A stretch of 63,341 nt of DNA, filler included, from Octopus bimaculoides (GCF_001194135.2; 7 parts of 6 records of this genome joined end to end with filler, not necessarily neighbours in it), one strand, 5' to 3'. Counted from the whole stretch's first letter, positions 49,341 through 61,544 are shown. The notes: generated from the letters alone by a model not told the origin. Translations and numbers: made by a program.

Positions 49341-49824
49341 GGAAGTGTTATCTTGTACATGTTTTGTCTTGGTATAAAAGATGGGCTACAGCAAATATTC
49401 TGCTCAATACCACAGATTTGCTTGTCAGTTGCTTAACCGTAACCAGTTGGGCATCTCCCTTGGTGGCTGATGATATGTGCATCTCTGATCAGGAGCAGAG
49501 TTAGTGGGGGAGCATCATAGCCATGTGTTGAGGAATTCTTTGGGGTTTGAATAATTCACCTCTGGAAACATGGGTGTTTCATTCAACATCTTTAAACAAC
49601 CCTTATTCAGGGACCTTTTGATCAGGATGGACTACTCGACCTGAAGAAAATTCTAACTGGTCCCCACCTGCGAGTTCATGTGCTGTGTATCTTGATATGA
49701 GATCACCTTGTCGTGCACATATGGTTGTGATGCATGTGCCTGGTGTACCCTTATCAGATTGGTAGTCATGGTGGGTATACTGGGCTTCGTATATTTGTAC
49801 CCCAGTGTCACTGCTCCCTCACTC
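49341..49824 (+). mobile_element. (TAA)n-associated element, copy 4 (about 55 nt missing at the 5' end)
   Basis: Aligns to copies 1-3; preceded by ATAATAAAAATGATAATAAT. Confidence 0.88.
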
Positions 49825-50253
49825 AAACTGTTTCTAGTTTAGGTACAAGGTCAGCAATTCTCAGTGGTGATGATGATGATAACAATTTCTTTATTTATCT
49901 CTAGAATGACATATAGGACAATAATTTTGTCTATGTGTCTCATTTTACACACTTATTTTGTCACCTATTTCAGATATTCCAATACTTTTACATACAAAAT
50001 ATAATACCTTTCTCTCTTCATGTTTGCAATTGTATACACGAATGCATATATTTACTCACAAGATGTCACAAACAGAAAATAAATTGATTTGTAATTCTCT
50101 GTTTTTCCATAGCCTCTGAACACGTATGAACTAAACAAATATTTTGAATACATACGTGTGTGTGTGTGTAATGTGTGTTTATAAATATTGGCCTGATTTC
50201 AAGATTCTTATATTGCTGTCATGTCATTATCATTTATATTGTCTTCTTTCCAG

Positions 50254-50434
50254 GGGAAAACTTTTACAAACCATGCTGTGGACTGGATGCCCGAGAATCG
50301 CCAAATAAGGAGTTGCCTACTAAAGTTTTGAAACACGACAGAATTAAGGATCGTCAAGATCTTTCACAGACATTGAACTTTGACCGGGGTCATACTGTTT
50401 TGCTGACAAACAAGAGGTGTGCTGGCACACAAAC
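50254..50434 (+). CDS. Candidate internal exon (181 nt) of an unidentified gene
   Basis: TTGTCTTCTTTCCAG| acceptor and AC|GTAAGT donor. One frame is open throughout (xENFYKPCCGLDARESPNKELPTKVLKHDRIKDRQDLSQTLNFDRGHTVLLTNKRCAGTQx). Richer in GC and CpG than its flanks; no family recognised. Confidence 0.45.
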
Positions 50435-50541
50435 GTAAGTACAAGAAACAAAGCTTATTTTATCAGTCTTTGCTCATAAATTTCCATGTAGGGGAAACTT
50501 ATGTGCAAAGCCTTGCATGTGGAACTTTATAAAATATTCTC

Positions 50542-50740
50542 TTAACTCTTTTATATTCATATTATTCTGTCAAATGTAATACTTATTTATTCACATTGTT
50601 TTGAATTAATCGTGAATCGATTGTTCATTTTTAGACAATGTAGCGTAGGTGTGAGAAGCTGGATCTGGTTAGCTTGATCAAAAAACATTTACATAAAATA
50701 GTTGCGCTGGATATGGCTGGTTTGAATGCTGAAGGGTTAA
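50542..50740. mobile_element. piggyBac-type MITE
   Basis: TTAA at both ends; right end GAATGCTGAAGGG|TTAA, left end degenerate TTAA|CTCTTTTATATTC. Confidence 0.6.
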
Positions 50741-51764
50741 ACTTTACTTAGATTGTTGAATTCAAGACAACAACCATGCAATCAGATTGGACCTATTTTC
50801 CTTTGAATTTGAATTATTGTTTTGCCTTCTGTATAGTGTCTAACTATATATAGAATACTCTACCCTTAATAGTAAATAATTTTGTCTTTTAATGAAAAGC
50901 CTACACAAAGCCTCATTTTAATTTAATATCATTTTTACCTGCTTCTCAAGATACTTTTCACCATTTTATTTATCTATGGAAGTCAAAGTATAGCTTCAAC
51001 ATCTATATTGCAGTTGTAGTTACACCATTGCAGCCCACATTAAAACAATTATTTTCATATATAATTTATATTTTATTCACATTATTTTATGTATATAAAC
51101 CATCTACATTTTATCTTCTATAATTTTTACAATAGGGTCCACCAGAATAAAATAATCAAATGGGGTCCATAGATTAAAAAAATGGTTGAGAACCCCTGCA
51201 CTAAATGGATTATTTAGAAATTGCTTTGTGAACTGTCTGAAAAGTCCATAGACATCGTTTCACAGGCTTTTGCTACTATTAATTAAGTCCTGTGCATAAA
51301 TCATATCTGAAGCCCTTATTCTTCTCTCTCTCTATCTGCCAAAGTTCCCACAACATCTTTGATGTACCCATTACTCTCATTCAGAACACAGCATCAACTT
51401 CCTATCTACTTCTTTCCTTCATATTGAGTATGAACACTTTCCATTTATTTTCACTTTTTTTTTTTTTCATTTTACTCTGATTTCCTGCTGTCAGCTTCTA
51501 ACTGGAAGTTTGACCTTTGCCATGTTGAATTTAGGCCTTTGGACCATGCTCACACCATGCCTATAAACACACATTTTTGGAGCTATTTAATCCATATTTT
51601 TTCTAAGTAAATGAAACAAATGAGTGTTAAAAGTGGGTAGTGGGGTAAAATAATAGCATATTTTCAGAAAAGTACATCATATGACAGTCAGTTGGGTACC
51701 TGGCTGAAATGGTTCATATCCTGACACTAGCGGTTGCAGTATTCTACATTGTTAGAAGACATTG

Positions 51765-52090
51765 TCATCATCATCATCATCATCATCGTTTAACGTCCGC
51801 TTTCCATGCTAGCATGGGTTGGACGATTTGACTGAGGACTGGTGAAACCGGATGGCAACACCAGGCTCCAGTCTGATTTGGCAGAGTTTCTACAGCTGGA
51901 TGCCCTTCCTAACGCCAACCACTCAGAGAGTGTAGTGGGTGCTTTTACGTGTCACCCGCACGAAAACGGCCACGCTCGAAATGGTGTCTTTTATGTGCCA
52001 CCCGCACAAGCCAGTCCAGGGGCACTGGCAACGATCTCGCTCGAAAATCCTACAGGAGCCAGTCAGGCGGTACTGGCAACGGCCACGCTC
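51765..52090 (-). mobile_element. Young RTE-tailed non-autonomous element (truncated by the spacer)
   Basis: CCAACCCATGCTAGCATGGAAAGCGGACGTTAAACGATGATGATG 3' end and GCTGGATGCCCTTCCTAACGCCAACC motif; CpGs retained. Confidence 0.85.
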
Positions 52091-52468
52091 NNNNNNNNNN
52101 NNNNNNNNNNNNNNNNNNNNNNNNNNNNNNNNNNTTAATTAATTAANNNNNNNNNNNNNNNNNNNNNNNNNNNNNNNNNNNNNNNNNNNNATTGGGATTT
52201 CTGCAATGTGGTGCATAAATTGTCAAGTAAGTGAGACGCATCTTTGCCTCCACTGATTCACTTGCAAAGTGTTGAGTAAAATTATTTCGTTGCAGACCTC
52301 CTTTGGGTCTTTTTATTATCACTGCGACACACATAGTCCCCAGTTGGTAACATTGATTTCAAGGCCCTCCTAGATGAGAGACTGGCATTTCACTTAATGT
52401 CTATGTTCCATGCTGGCATGGATTGGAGAGTTATTAATGTAGAAATATGGTATCGTAGCTACTAACAG

Positions 52469-52548
52469 TTGAGGGTTGCGTAGTCTAGACGGCGTTTTTA
52501 GATTTCATTATTCGCTTTAACCCGGGCAAAGCCGGGTATTTCTGCTAG
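52469..52548 (+). mobile_element. Helitron-type 3' terminus
   Basis: Hairpin ACCCGG-GCAAAG-CCGGGT, then ATTTCTG-CTAG|T. Confidence 0.7.
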
Positions 52549-52579
52549 TATATATATAAAATAGACATACACATATATA

Positions 52580-52737
52580 TGACAAGCTTCTTTTAGCTTC
52601 TGCCTATAAAATCCACTCTGAAGGCTTTGGTTAACCCAAGGCTATAGTAGAAGTCACTTCCCCAAGGTGCCACCTAGGGGAATTGAATCCATAACCATGT
52701 GGCTGGGAAGTAATCATCTTAACCACACAGCCATGTC
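52580..52737 (-). mobile_element. SINE family C head
   Basis: CACTTCCCCAAGGTGCCAC and AACCACACAGCCATG motifs. Confidence 0.75.
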
Positions 52738-52824
52738 TTTGCTGATAGTTTTAACACTGAAAAGAAAAACTATTGTACTAAATCCTTTGATTGTAGTATT
52801 GAGAAATACTCTCTTACAGGCTTA

Positions 52825-52990
52825 ACCCATTTCTAACATAAATGCAAGGTCGTGAATTTAACAAAGAGATTAGACAATTATAAGGCAACTGGTACATTAT
52901 TTATTTGAACCCCAGAAGGAAAAAAGCAAATCTGACCTTGGCAAGATTTAAATTCAATGTAAAGAACCTAGGCATTTTGTCCAATGCTGT
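52825..52990 (-). mobile_element. SINE family A, degenerate
   Basis: CTGGTAC...AACCCCAGAAGGA...GACCTTGGCAAGATTTAAATTC. Confidence 0.6.
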
Positions 52991-53477
52991 TATAATTCTG
53001 CTTATCTTAACCCTAATATTTACAACAATAATAATAATTATAATAACACTAGCAACAATAATTTATATACATATATGTCTATAATCTATTTTGCAAGCCA
53101 CCTTATTATTACTGTAAATAACGGTAATAATACTACCTTATTAAAATTTTTCTTGTTTACAATAGTTTCTTTTAAACGGAGTGGGACGTTTAAAGTTAGG
53201 AACGCACACAAGCTAACATAGTGAATATTTTAGAAATAGATGTTAAATTCTGTTTTCAACTGATGATTGCAAAGCATGTTTGTCATGCAAAGCAGGAAAT
53301 CAATTGGTATTGAAATATGTATTACTTATCTATGTATTCCAAGCAAGGGTCAGCCTATTTTTGAAATGTTCATTGCATTGTTCCTGTGTGTATCTTTATC
53401 GTAATTTTTATGGTGGCTTTTGGAGCATTGGCTCTGAGTTTAGCAAGTGGTATTATATACCCTACCTAATCTTAAAT

Positions 53478-53515
<38 letters not shown>

Positions 53516-53609
53516 AGAGAGACAAACAAATACACAGAGGCCTGGCTATATGGTTAAAAAGTTAGGTTTGCAACCATGTGATTCTGGTTCAGCTGACTAA
53601 TAATGCCAT

Positions 53610-53651
<42 letters not shown>

Positions 53652-54026
53652 ATATATGTGTGTGTGTGTGCATGTGTGTGTGTGTGTGTGTATGTATATA
53701 TATGCATATATATATATATACATCAGACTCTATTAGTTTCTGTCTACCATATCCACTCACAAGGTTTTGGTCAGTCCGAGAATGAAGACCCCCCCCCCCC
53801 AGATGGTTGAAGCCAAAGCCATGTAGCTGGTAACACACCTCTTAGCATATAGCTATAGCTGTGCTTATATGTATATGTGTGTGTGTATATATATATATAT
53901 GCTTATGTATATATATATATATATACACACACATATATATATATATATATACATACATACATGAAGGCAAGGGAAAAATCAAAGGATATTAGGTTTACAG
54001 TCAAAAAACAAAAATGGAAAGAAAAG

Positions 54027-54065
54027 TCTTTTACATTTTGAGCATACACTCTTCTACAGAAAGAA
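54027..54065 (-). ncRNA. Degenerate minimal hammerhead motif in a Penelope-like tail (about 53963-54240)
   Basis: TCTTT-CTGTAGA-A-[GAGT gtat GCTC]-AAAATGT-A-AAAGA: 5-bp stem I and 4-bp stem II kept; core changes A6U and G12A. Confidence 0.4.
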
Positions 54066-54296
54066 TAGATGACATGAGGTAAAAATGGAGAGGAAAAAGA
54101 ACAAACCTATTTCAGTTAGACAGTCACCACACTCTGAAATAACCAGAAGAGGAAGAGGTTGCTAGAGGTATAAATGGAAAGAGGGGCAATTGTGTGAGTT
54201 ACCTTGAGGTGTGGGTTGCAAGGGAGACAGCTGTGAACTTGGTATAAGTGTGTGTGTGTAAACAAGCCATGAGTGTGTGTTTATGTGAGTGGACGT

Positions 54297-54331
<35 letters not shown>

Positions 54332-54819
54332 CAAGCACATATACATATGTGTGTGTGTGTGTGCATGTATACGCGTGTGCATGTGTGTATGTGTGTGCAT
54401 GTGTGTATGTGTGTGCATGTGTGTGTACATTCACTCAAGAGTAGCAATAATGTCGTGAGTGAACATTGACTTAAAAGTAACTTAAATAGTTTTCACAACT
54501 CTACTAACACGTGTGTAAACAATAATATACAAATATATATAAACACTAAGAATGTTTGGTGCTAAAATATTCAAAGAAAGTTATAGAAAGTTCCCACTGT
54601 CTGAATGACAGAAAAGAAGTTTATCTCCCATGAGGTTTAACAGCTTCAGCATTACATTCTACTTGTGTCTCGCTTTAAACTATTTATAAAAATAAAAAAT
54701 TAAAAAAACACAAAATTCTTACCAGAGAGAACCACTACACATATATTTCATATCTCACTTTCATCTCCATTATGTTCAGTTGTTTTTTGTTTGAATTTTT
54801 TTGTTTTTATTCCTATTAT

Positions 54820-54899
54820 TATCATTAGTATTTTTGTTGCTATTGTTGTTGCCATTGTTGTTGTTGTTATTGCTGTTATTATTATTATTATTATTATTA

Positions 54900-54939
<40 letters not shown>

Positions 54940-54954
54940 CATTATTATTATTAT

Positions 54955-55001
<47 letters not shown>

Positions 55002-55085
55002 ATAGTATTATTAACGTTGTTGTTATTGTTGTTGCTGTTATTGACTCATCATCATTGTCATCATCATCATCATCATCATCATCAC
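54820..55085. repeat. Compound (TTG/TTA/TAG/TCA)n microsatellite
   Basis: Direct reading. Confidence 0.96.
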
Positions 55086-55200
55086 TATTATTTGTTTATT
55101 TATTTATTTCCCATTCTTGAAAAACACTTTCAGTATTGTTCATTTTCTTTCTACTCTTTTTCTCTCACTTTCTGACTCCCCATCAGTCTCCCTTTCAATT

Positions 55201-55234
<34 letters not shown>

Positions 55235-55264
55235 CCCCCTCCCCATTGCATGTATTTACCACAG

Positions 55265-55348
55265 TTATTTCTACATGAGGTTTTTGCCAAATCACCTGCT
55301 GACTTCTCAATATTCATTCACCTCAGCCAATTTGATGGTTCAACAGAT
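55265..55348 (+). CDS. Candidate 84-nt exon
   Basis: TATTTACCACAG| acceptor and GAT|GTAAGA donor; LFLHEVFAKSPADFSIFIHLSQFDGSTD, phase 0 to 0. Confidence 0.25.
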
Positions 55349-55896
55349 GTAAGACAGGATGGTTTAGAAGTTTCTTGCATTTGGCACAGTTGAAGAAACT
55401 ATTTCTTTACACAGCAGTTATGCAACATGGAATATCAGGCAAACTGCTTTCTTGAAAAACTTTGCATTCTAAATGTTCCCTTTGTATGCATATGTGTATG
55501 TGTGCATGTGTGTTTGCACGTGCACTTGTGTGTATATATGTGTTTGCTTATACATGTGCAGTAACTTATTGTATTATGTCCCTTTATGCCGAAGGTGGAC
55601 ATAGCCATTCGGTAAATACGGATTGATAAAATAGGAATGATATAACCAATTAAAATGCCTTGAAGGCAATGCACAGTATGGCTTCAGTCCAAGAAATAAA
55701 ACCAGTAAAAGAATAAAAAATTAAAAGCATCTATACATACATATATACACACATGCATATGTACATATCTATATATGTATGCATGTGTGTATGTATATAT
55801 GTATATATATGTGTGTGTGTATATGTGTATATATGGATATGTGCGTATGTATATAATGTGTAAGGATGTGTGTGTATTGATGTAAATATGCATGCA

Positions 55897-55945
<49 letters not shown>

Positions 55946-56033
55946 TCACAAATATATATACACATACACACATATACATTCAGAGAGAGAAAGAGAGATG
56001 ATAGATAGATACATACATTTGCATACATACATA

Positions 56034-56071
<38 letters not shown>

Positions 56072-56228
56072 CATATACATATGTGTTCATGTGTGTGGTG
56101 TGTATGCCTGTATGCATGTGTGTGTGTAGTTATCAATTCATCTGTCTGTGTCTGCACAACCACATCACCACCACAACCACCTCCACCACTGCCTCCGCCA
56201 TTACCATCACTAACAACCTTCTCCTCAG

Positions 56229-56267
56229 CTACCTGTCTCTTTCACTTATGCATTCAATGTTGAGAAG
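56229..56267 (+). CDS. Candidate 39-nt exon
   Basis: CCTTCTCCTCAG| acceptor and AAG|GTAATA donor; LPVSFTYAFNVEK, phase 0 to 0. Confidence 0.25.
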
Positions 56268-56620
56268 GTAATATGCTACCTGACAATGGGCCTCGTGAGA
56301 TGAAGCCTGCTTCATCATGAATCTGTTCAATATCTTCTGTCTAACTGTTGCAAAGATTCTACTTTAAAATGCAAGACAAATGTAGTAAATAGTAGATTTT
56401 TTAGTAATATTTTCAGATTCCACAGATATGTTCTATTATATTAACTAATAGCAAATGAGATTTCATAATTACTTTATGTGCTATATATATGTCTGCTTAT
56501 AGTTGTCATGGCATACAAATATTCCCACACCTACACATATGTGTGTATATATGTTTGTATGTGTGTGTATATATATATAATTTCTGTATATGTGTAACCA
56601 TATATATATGCATGTTTCTA

Positions 56621-56690
<70 letters not shown>

Positions 56691-57574
56691 GTAGGTGTTG
56701 TGTGTCCCTACTTTGAAAGCAAATTGCCTACATCATCTTAGATGTGCATTCAATGGCCACATTCGAGATTCTGCATTTCCTTTCTAAAGCATATAAGGAT
56801 ATGTTGAGATATTAGATTTTATAAAGTATATTCATTGCTAGTTCACAGTGAATATATGGTGTTTATTAATGAGATGTGCTTTAATTTCCGTAAAAGCCAT
56901 TTACCAAATCAATAGCACGAGGCCTAGGGCTCTAGTTTGTGTCTTAATAAATACCATGAAACTTCTGGAAATGGTCTGCTTTCATTGACAACATTCTTTG
57001 GATATGTAAAGTTAAATGCTAAATCACTTCCAAATTCCAGTTAATCCAGTCCCTATGTAATACCAGTATGTTTATATTTAATGTTCACATTCTTCCTTGT
57101 TTCCGACCTTTCTACTAATTTCTTCCCATGTCCACACATTAATGTATATATTCTGAAGTAACTCATAAGTATTCTACATGGACAATAACATACATATTCA
57201 TAATGTTTCATGAGGCAGTTTATTTTCTCATTGCTACTACTGGTGTTGATCTTCAGCTTAGATCAGTCCTGATGCAGTTAGTCATGATGATGTTTTTTTT
57301 TTTATTTAGATATTGTGTATCCCTTCTTTTATTGTTTTTAAAGATGATAGGATGTGATTTGAAGGAGATTTAAATGCTATTTCCCACAGATTGGACAATT
57401 ATCAGAAATCTCACTTTAACTCCTACATGCAGAACACACTTACATATCTACTTTGATATATATATATATTGATAGAAAGGACAACAAAAGAAAGAAAGAG
57501 ACCTCGATATTATGTAAATGGATGAATTTATCTGTAAAAGTATGTGACACCGAATAAGTGTCACATATTTTTAC

Positions 57575-57613
<39 letters not shown>

Positions 57614-58310
57614 NNNNNNNNNNNNNNNNNNNNNNNNNNNNNNNNNNNNNNNNNNNNTTAATTAATTAANNNNNNNNNNNNNNNNNNNNNNNNNNNNNNN
57701 NNNNNNNNNNNNNTATATATATATATATATATACATACATAATAAATATATACATACATATATATATACATACACATATATATACATATATAATATATAT
57801 ACATACATACATAATATATATATGCATATATACGAGTTCAGCAAAAATTTAGATTCAAATGAATATGGTACTTAAGTTGAGGCACCAGAATTTAGTATGG
57901 TATTATCCATACAATTTCAAAATAAGGTGATTAAAATCAAAATAAGCAACAAGGGTATCCAGAGGTAATGCAGTACAATCGTTTCACACAACTCCATTTA
58001 ATTGAGCTTATATTAAGTGCTCTATTACTTTGAGCAAATAGATATATATATATATGTTTTTATATCATTAATAAATTTATAAAATTATTAATAATATTCA
58101 CAGGAAATCAATATCTAAATTTTGAAAGATATATGTTTAATGTGACACAGTAATATTTTGAAATATAATTAAATAAAATTTAAGATGTACAAAATATAAA
58201 TATAAATATAAATATATATAAAAAATACAAATGTACATAAAAATACATGCGTATATAAATGCATAAAAAATGTATGCCTAATTGAATATAAATATTATGA
58301 AAGTTTAGAA

Positions 58311-59700
58311 ATTAAAAAGCAAGATTTCAATATTAATCCTACCATTAGACTAATTTGTTCTACTAAATCAGACCTCGGAAGAATAAGTAAGAACATTTTA
58401 GATAGAATCATACCTATAATAAAGAAAAAACTTAATTCTAATCCATGGTTCAATACAGAAGAAGTAATCTCTTGGTTTCATTTACTACCTAATAAGACTA
58501 GCCTATCATTTATACAATTTGATATTAACAATTATTATGCATCCATATTACCTATTATATTAAATAAAGCAATAATTTTAGCTAAAAACCTAACTGACAT
58601 TACACCACTTGAAATTGACATTATTCAATTAGCTAGAAAAACACTGATCAAATTCAATGATAAATTATGGTGTTGATCATGTAATAATAGTCTATTTAAC
58701 TTATTTGATATCACAATGGGATCATCAGATTCGGCACAAATAACCGACTTAGTAGGATTATATTTACTAAATGAAATGAAACACTACTTCCCATCTTTGA
58801 AAGGAGGAATATATAGAGACGCCGCCCTCCTTGTATATAATGGTAGATCCAAAAGAAAAATAGCAAAGTTAAGAGATCTACATAAATTCTATAAAAATTT
58901 TGGCTTATCCATCACATTTGAAGAAAGTTATACTAAAGCAAATTTTTTAGCTGTAACGTTACACCTCAATACTTCAACATACTCTCCATATCATAAACCC
59001 AATGAATATCTTAAATATGTAAATATAAATTCAAATCATCATATTTCATTACTTAAAAGTATAGTAAATAGTATTTCTATCAGAATATCTGATTTATCCT
59101 ATAATGAGGAAATTTTTAACTGCCATGCTAATTATTATAATCAAGCATTAAGGGCAAGCGGATATAAACAAACTATTAAATATATAAAAAATACTAAATT
59201 AAAAAATTACATAGCACAATTAGAACTAAACAACACTGTAGAAAATAATAAAATATGAAATAAAGACAATANNNNNNNNNNTAGAAAATAATAAAATATG
59301 AAATAAAGACAATACTACATGCAACAATAATATACAATTAAAAATAAATGATAAAAATTATACACAATATAATAAAAACTCTAAAAACAATAAAGCACAA
59401 AGAACTAAACATCAAAATAAACATCCTATGAAAAATATACACTTCCTAAAATCAATAGATAAATACCAAAAATTACCTAAGTGGAGATCAAATAGACAAA
59501 TTATATGGTTTACACCTCCATTTTCCTTAAGAGTCAAAGGCTTAGCAAAAAAGTTTCTTAATATAATTAAAAAATGTTTCCCCACAGATCACAAATATCA
59601 CCACATATTCAATAGATCATGTATTCAAATTTCTTTTTCCACAACACCAAACATAGGATCTATTATTGCCAGTTCAAATAGACGAAAAATTAATACATAT
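58311..59700 (+). mobile_element. Penelope-like element, Naiad-type reverse transcriptase remnant (5'-truncated; no GIY-YIG domain seen before the spacer)
   Basis: One frame from 58311 reads NPTIRLI..KSDLGRISK.ILD...WFNT..VI.WF...FIQFDINNYYASI...ARKTL...LWC*...FDITMGSSDSAQITDLVG...IYRDA...NFLAVTL...PYHKPN...NSNH...ALRASGY. It then continues RQIIWFTPPFS...FPTDH..HHIFNR..IQISFS at 59490-59650. TGA at 58674-58676; catalytic YRDD reads YRDA. Confidence 0.9.
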
Positions 59701-59732
59701 AAAAAAACCCACCATGATTACAATATTAATGG

Positions 59733-59786
<54 letters not shown>

Positions 59787-60215
59787 TATCACAAATAGAA
59801 ATGCAAGTAAATATAGAGACATAAATACACAAACCCCTAATAATAATATTAGTATAATAGGACTACAAAAACATAATAAATACCATATAACTGAAAAAAG
59901 ACAAAATGTATCAATAAACCCAACAATACAACCTAATATAAATAAAAACAATTCACAAACAATAAATACATATAATTCCGATATAATAGACACTACAACA
60001 AATTCAATAAGCAATACTTTATACACCACAAATAATAATAAGGATAATAATAACTATTCACCACAACAGAAATATAAAAACAANNNNNNNNNNNNNNNNN
60101 NNNNNNNNNNNNNNNNNNNNNNNNNNNTTAATTAATTAANNNNNNNNNNNNNNNNNNNNNNNNNNNNNNNNNNNNNNNNNNNNATATATATATATATATA
60201 TAAGTACATACGTGC

Positions 60216-60246
<31 letters not shown>

Positions 60247-60349
60247 TGTATAAAGACACTTAGGTACGGCCGGAACAATGCGAGAAGTGCAAAGTAAACT
60301 GCAAAACAAAAAGAAAAAGAAAACAGAACAAGTTGCATTTTTACTTTGT

Positions 60350-60389
60350 ATTTCTATATTTCGGGGTTAATACCTCTTCTTCAAGACAT
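60350..60389 (-). ncRNA. Minimal hammerhead-like motif (C3U)
   Basis: ATGTC-TTGAAGA-A-[GAGGT atta ACCCC]-GAA-ATAT-A-GAAAT: ATAT stem III as at 41944; stem I 4 of 5 bp; one stem II mismatch. Confidence 0.5.
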
Positions 60390-60566
60390 TTAGAATTCGC
60401 GAGGAATGGAAAGTTCGTTACTCAGATGTTTAGGGGAAGAAGAAGGAAGAAAGCATACACAGACTGGTGTTGCTACAGCAACCAATTTGTTTCATGTAGT
60501 TCCTTCCTGTTGTTAATGGCTGGTCTTAATGCGTTTATAAGTAGAACTCCATGATTCTGAGATCGC

Positions 60567-60665
60567 CGCTGGCTCAGTGGCTAGAGCGTCTTTCTCACAA
60601 TCAAGAGGTAGTGAGTTCGATTCTCGGACCGGGTTGTATGTTGTGTTATTGAGCAAGACAGTTGC
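60567..60665 (+). mobile_element. SINE family D, 5' part
   Basis: TGGCTCAGTGGCTAGAGCG, GAGTTCGATTCTC and TGTTATTGAGCAAGACA. Confidence 0.85.
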
Positions 60666-60836
60666 CAGTGGCTAGCATGCATAATAGAGTCAATAGACAA
60701 CATATTTTTCATATAAAATTAGCGTGCATTTCTATACACAAAAGAGGTGAACTTTACAGAACACCTTACATGCTAAAGGGAGCAGTTAAAGTTCAAAACA
60801 CGGATAAAAGTAATTTCGAAGGGGATGTATATATAT

Positions 60837-60871
<35 letters not shown>

Positions 60872-61152
60872 AATGATAATGCAAATAATATGTGAGTATA
60901 TGGATATATACATAAATGTATGTACATACTTACATCTACATGTATATATAGATGCATATCTGGGTACAGAACGTCACAAAAAAAAAAAAAACGTGGACAA
61001 AATGAAAAACAGAACATAAACAAAGCACGGAAAACAAACTTTTTTTCGGACAACGGTAGGAACACACAGGAAAACAGACAGGCCACATAGAGAACATTTC
61101 CTTCATCAACTGCTCCTATTCTAAACTAAGCGTTTCGAAGAGTTCACACATC

Positions 61153-61189
<37 letters not shown>

Positions 61190-61500
61190 NNNNNNNNNNN
61201 NNNNNNNNNNNNNNNNNNNNNNNNNNNNNNNNNNNNNNNNNNNNNNNNNNNNNNNNNNNNNNNNNNNNNNNNNNNNNNNNNNNNNNNNNNNNNNNNNNNN
61301 NNNNNNNNNNNNNNNNNNNNNNNNNNNNNNNNNNNNNNNNNNNNNNNNNNNNNNNNNNNNNNNNNNNNNNNNNNNNNNNNNNNNNNNNNNNNNNNNNNNN
61401 NNNNNNNNNNNNNNNNNNNNNNNNNNNNNNNNNNNNNNNNNNNNNNNNNNNNNNCAACTGCTCCTATTCTAAACTAAGCGTTTCGAAGAGTTCACACATC

Positions 61501-61544
<44 letters not shown>

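Noticed and set aside
59239-59313. 32-bp duplication around an 11-N gap in the Penelope-like element
   Set aside because: Same overlap artefact; it should not be read as a TSD.
61085-61140. Minus-strand CGAAACGC ... TTGATGAAGGAA resembling a permuted hammerhead
   Set aside because: Stems I, II and III cannot be paired convincingly.
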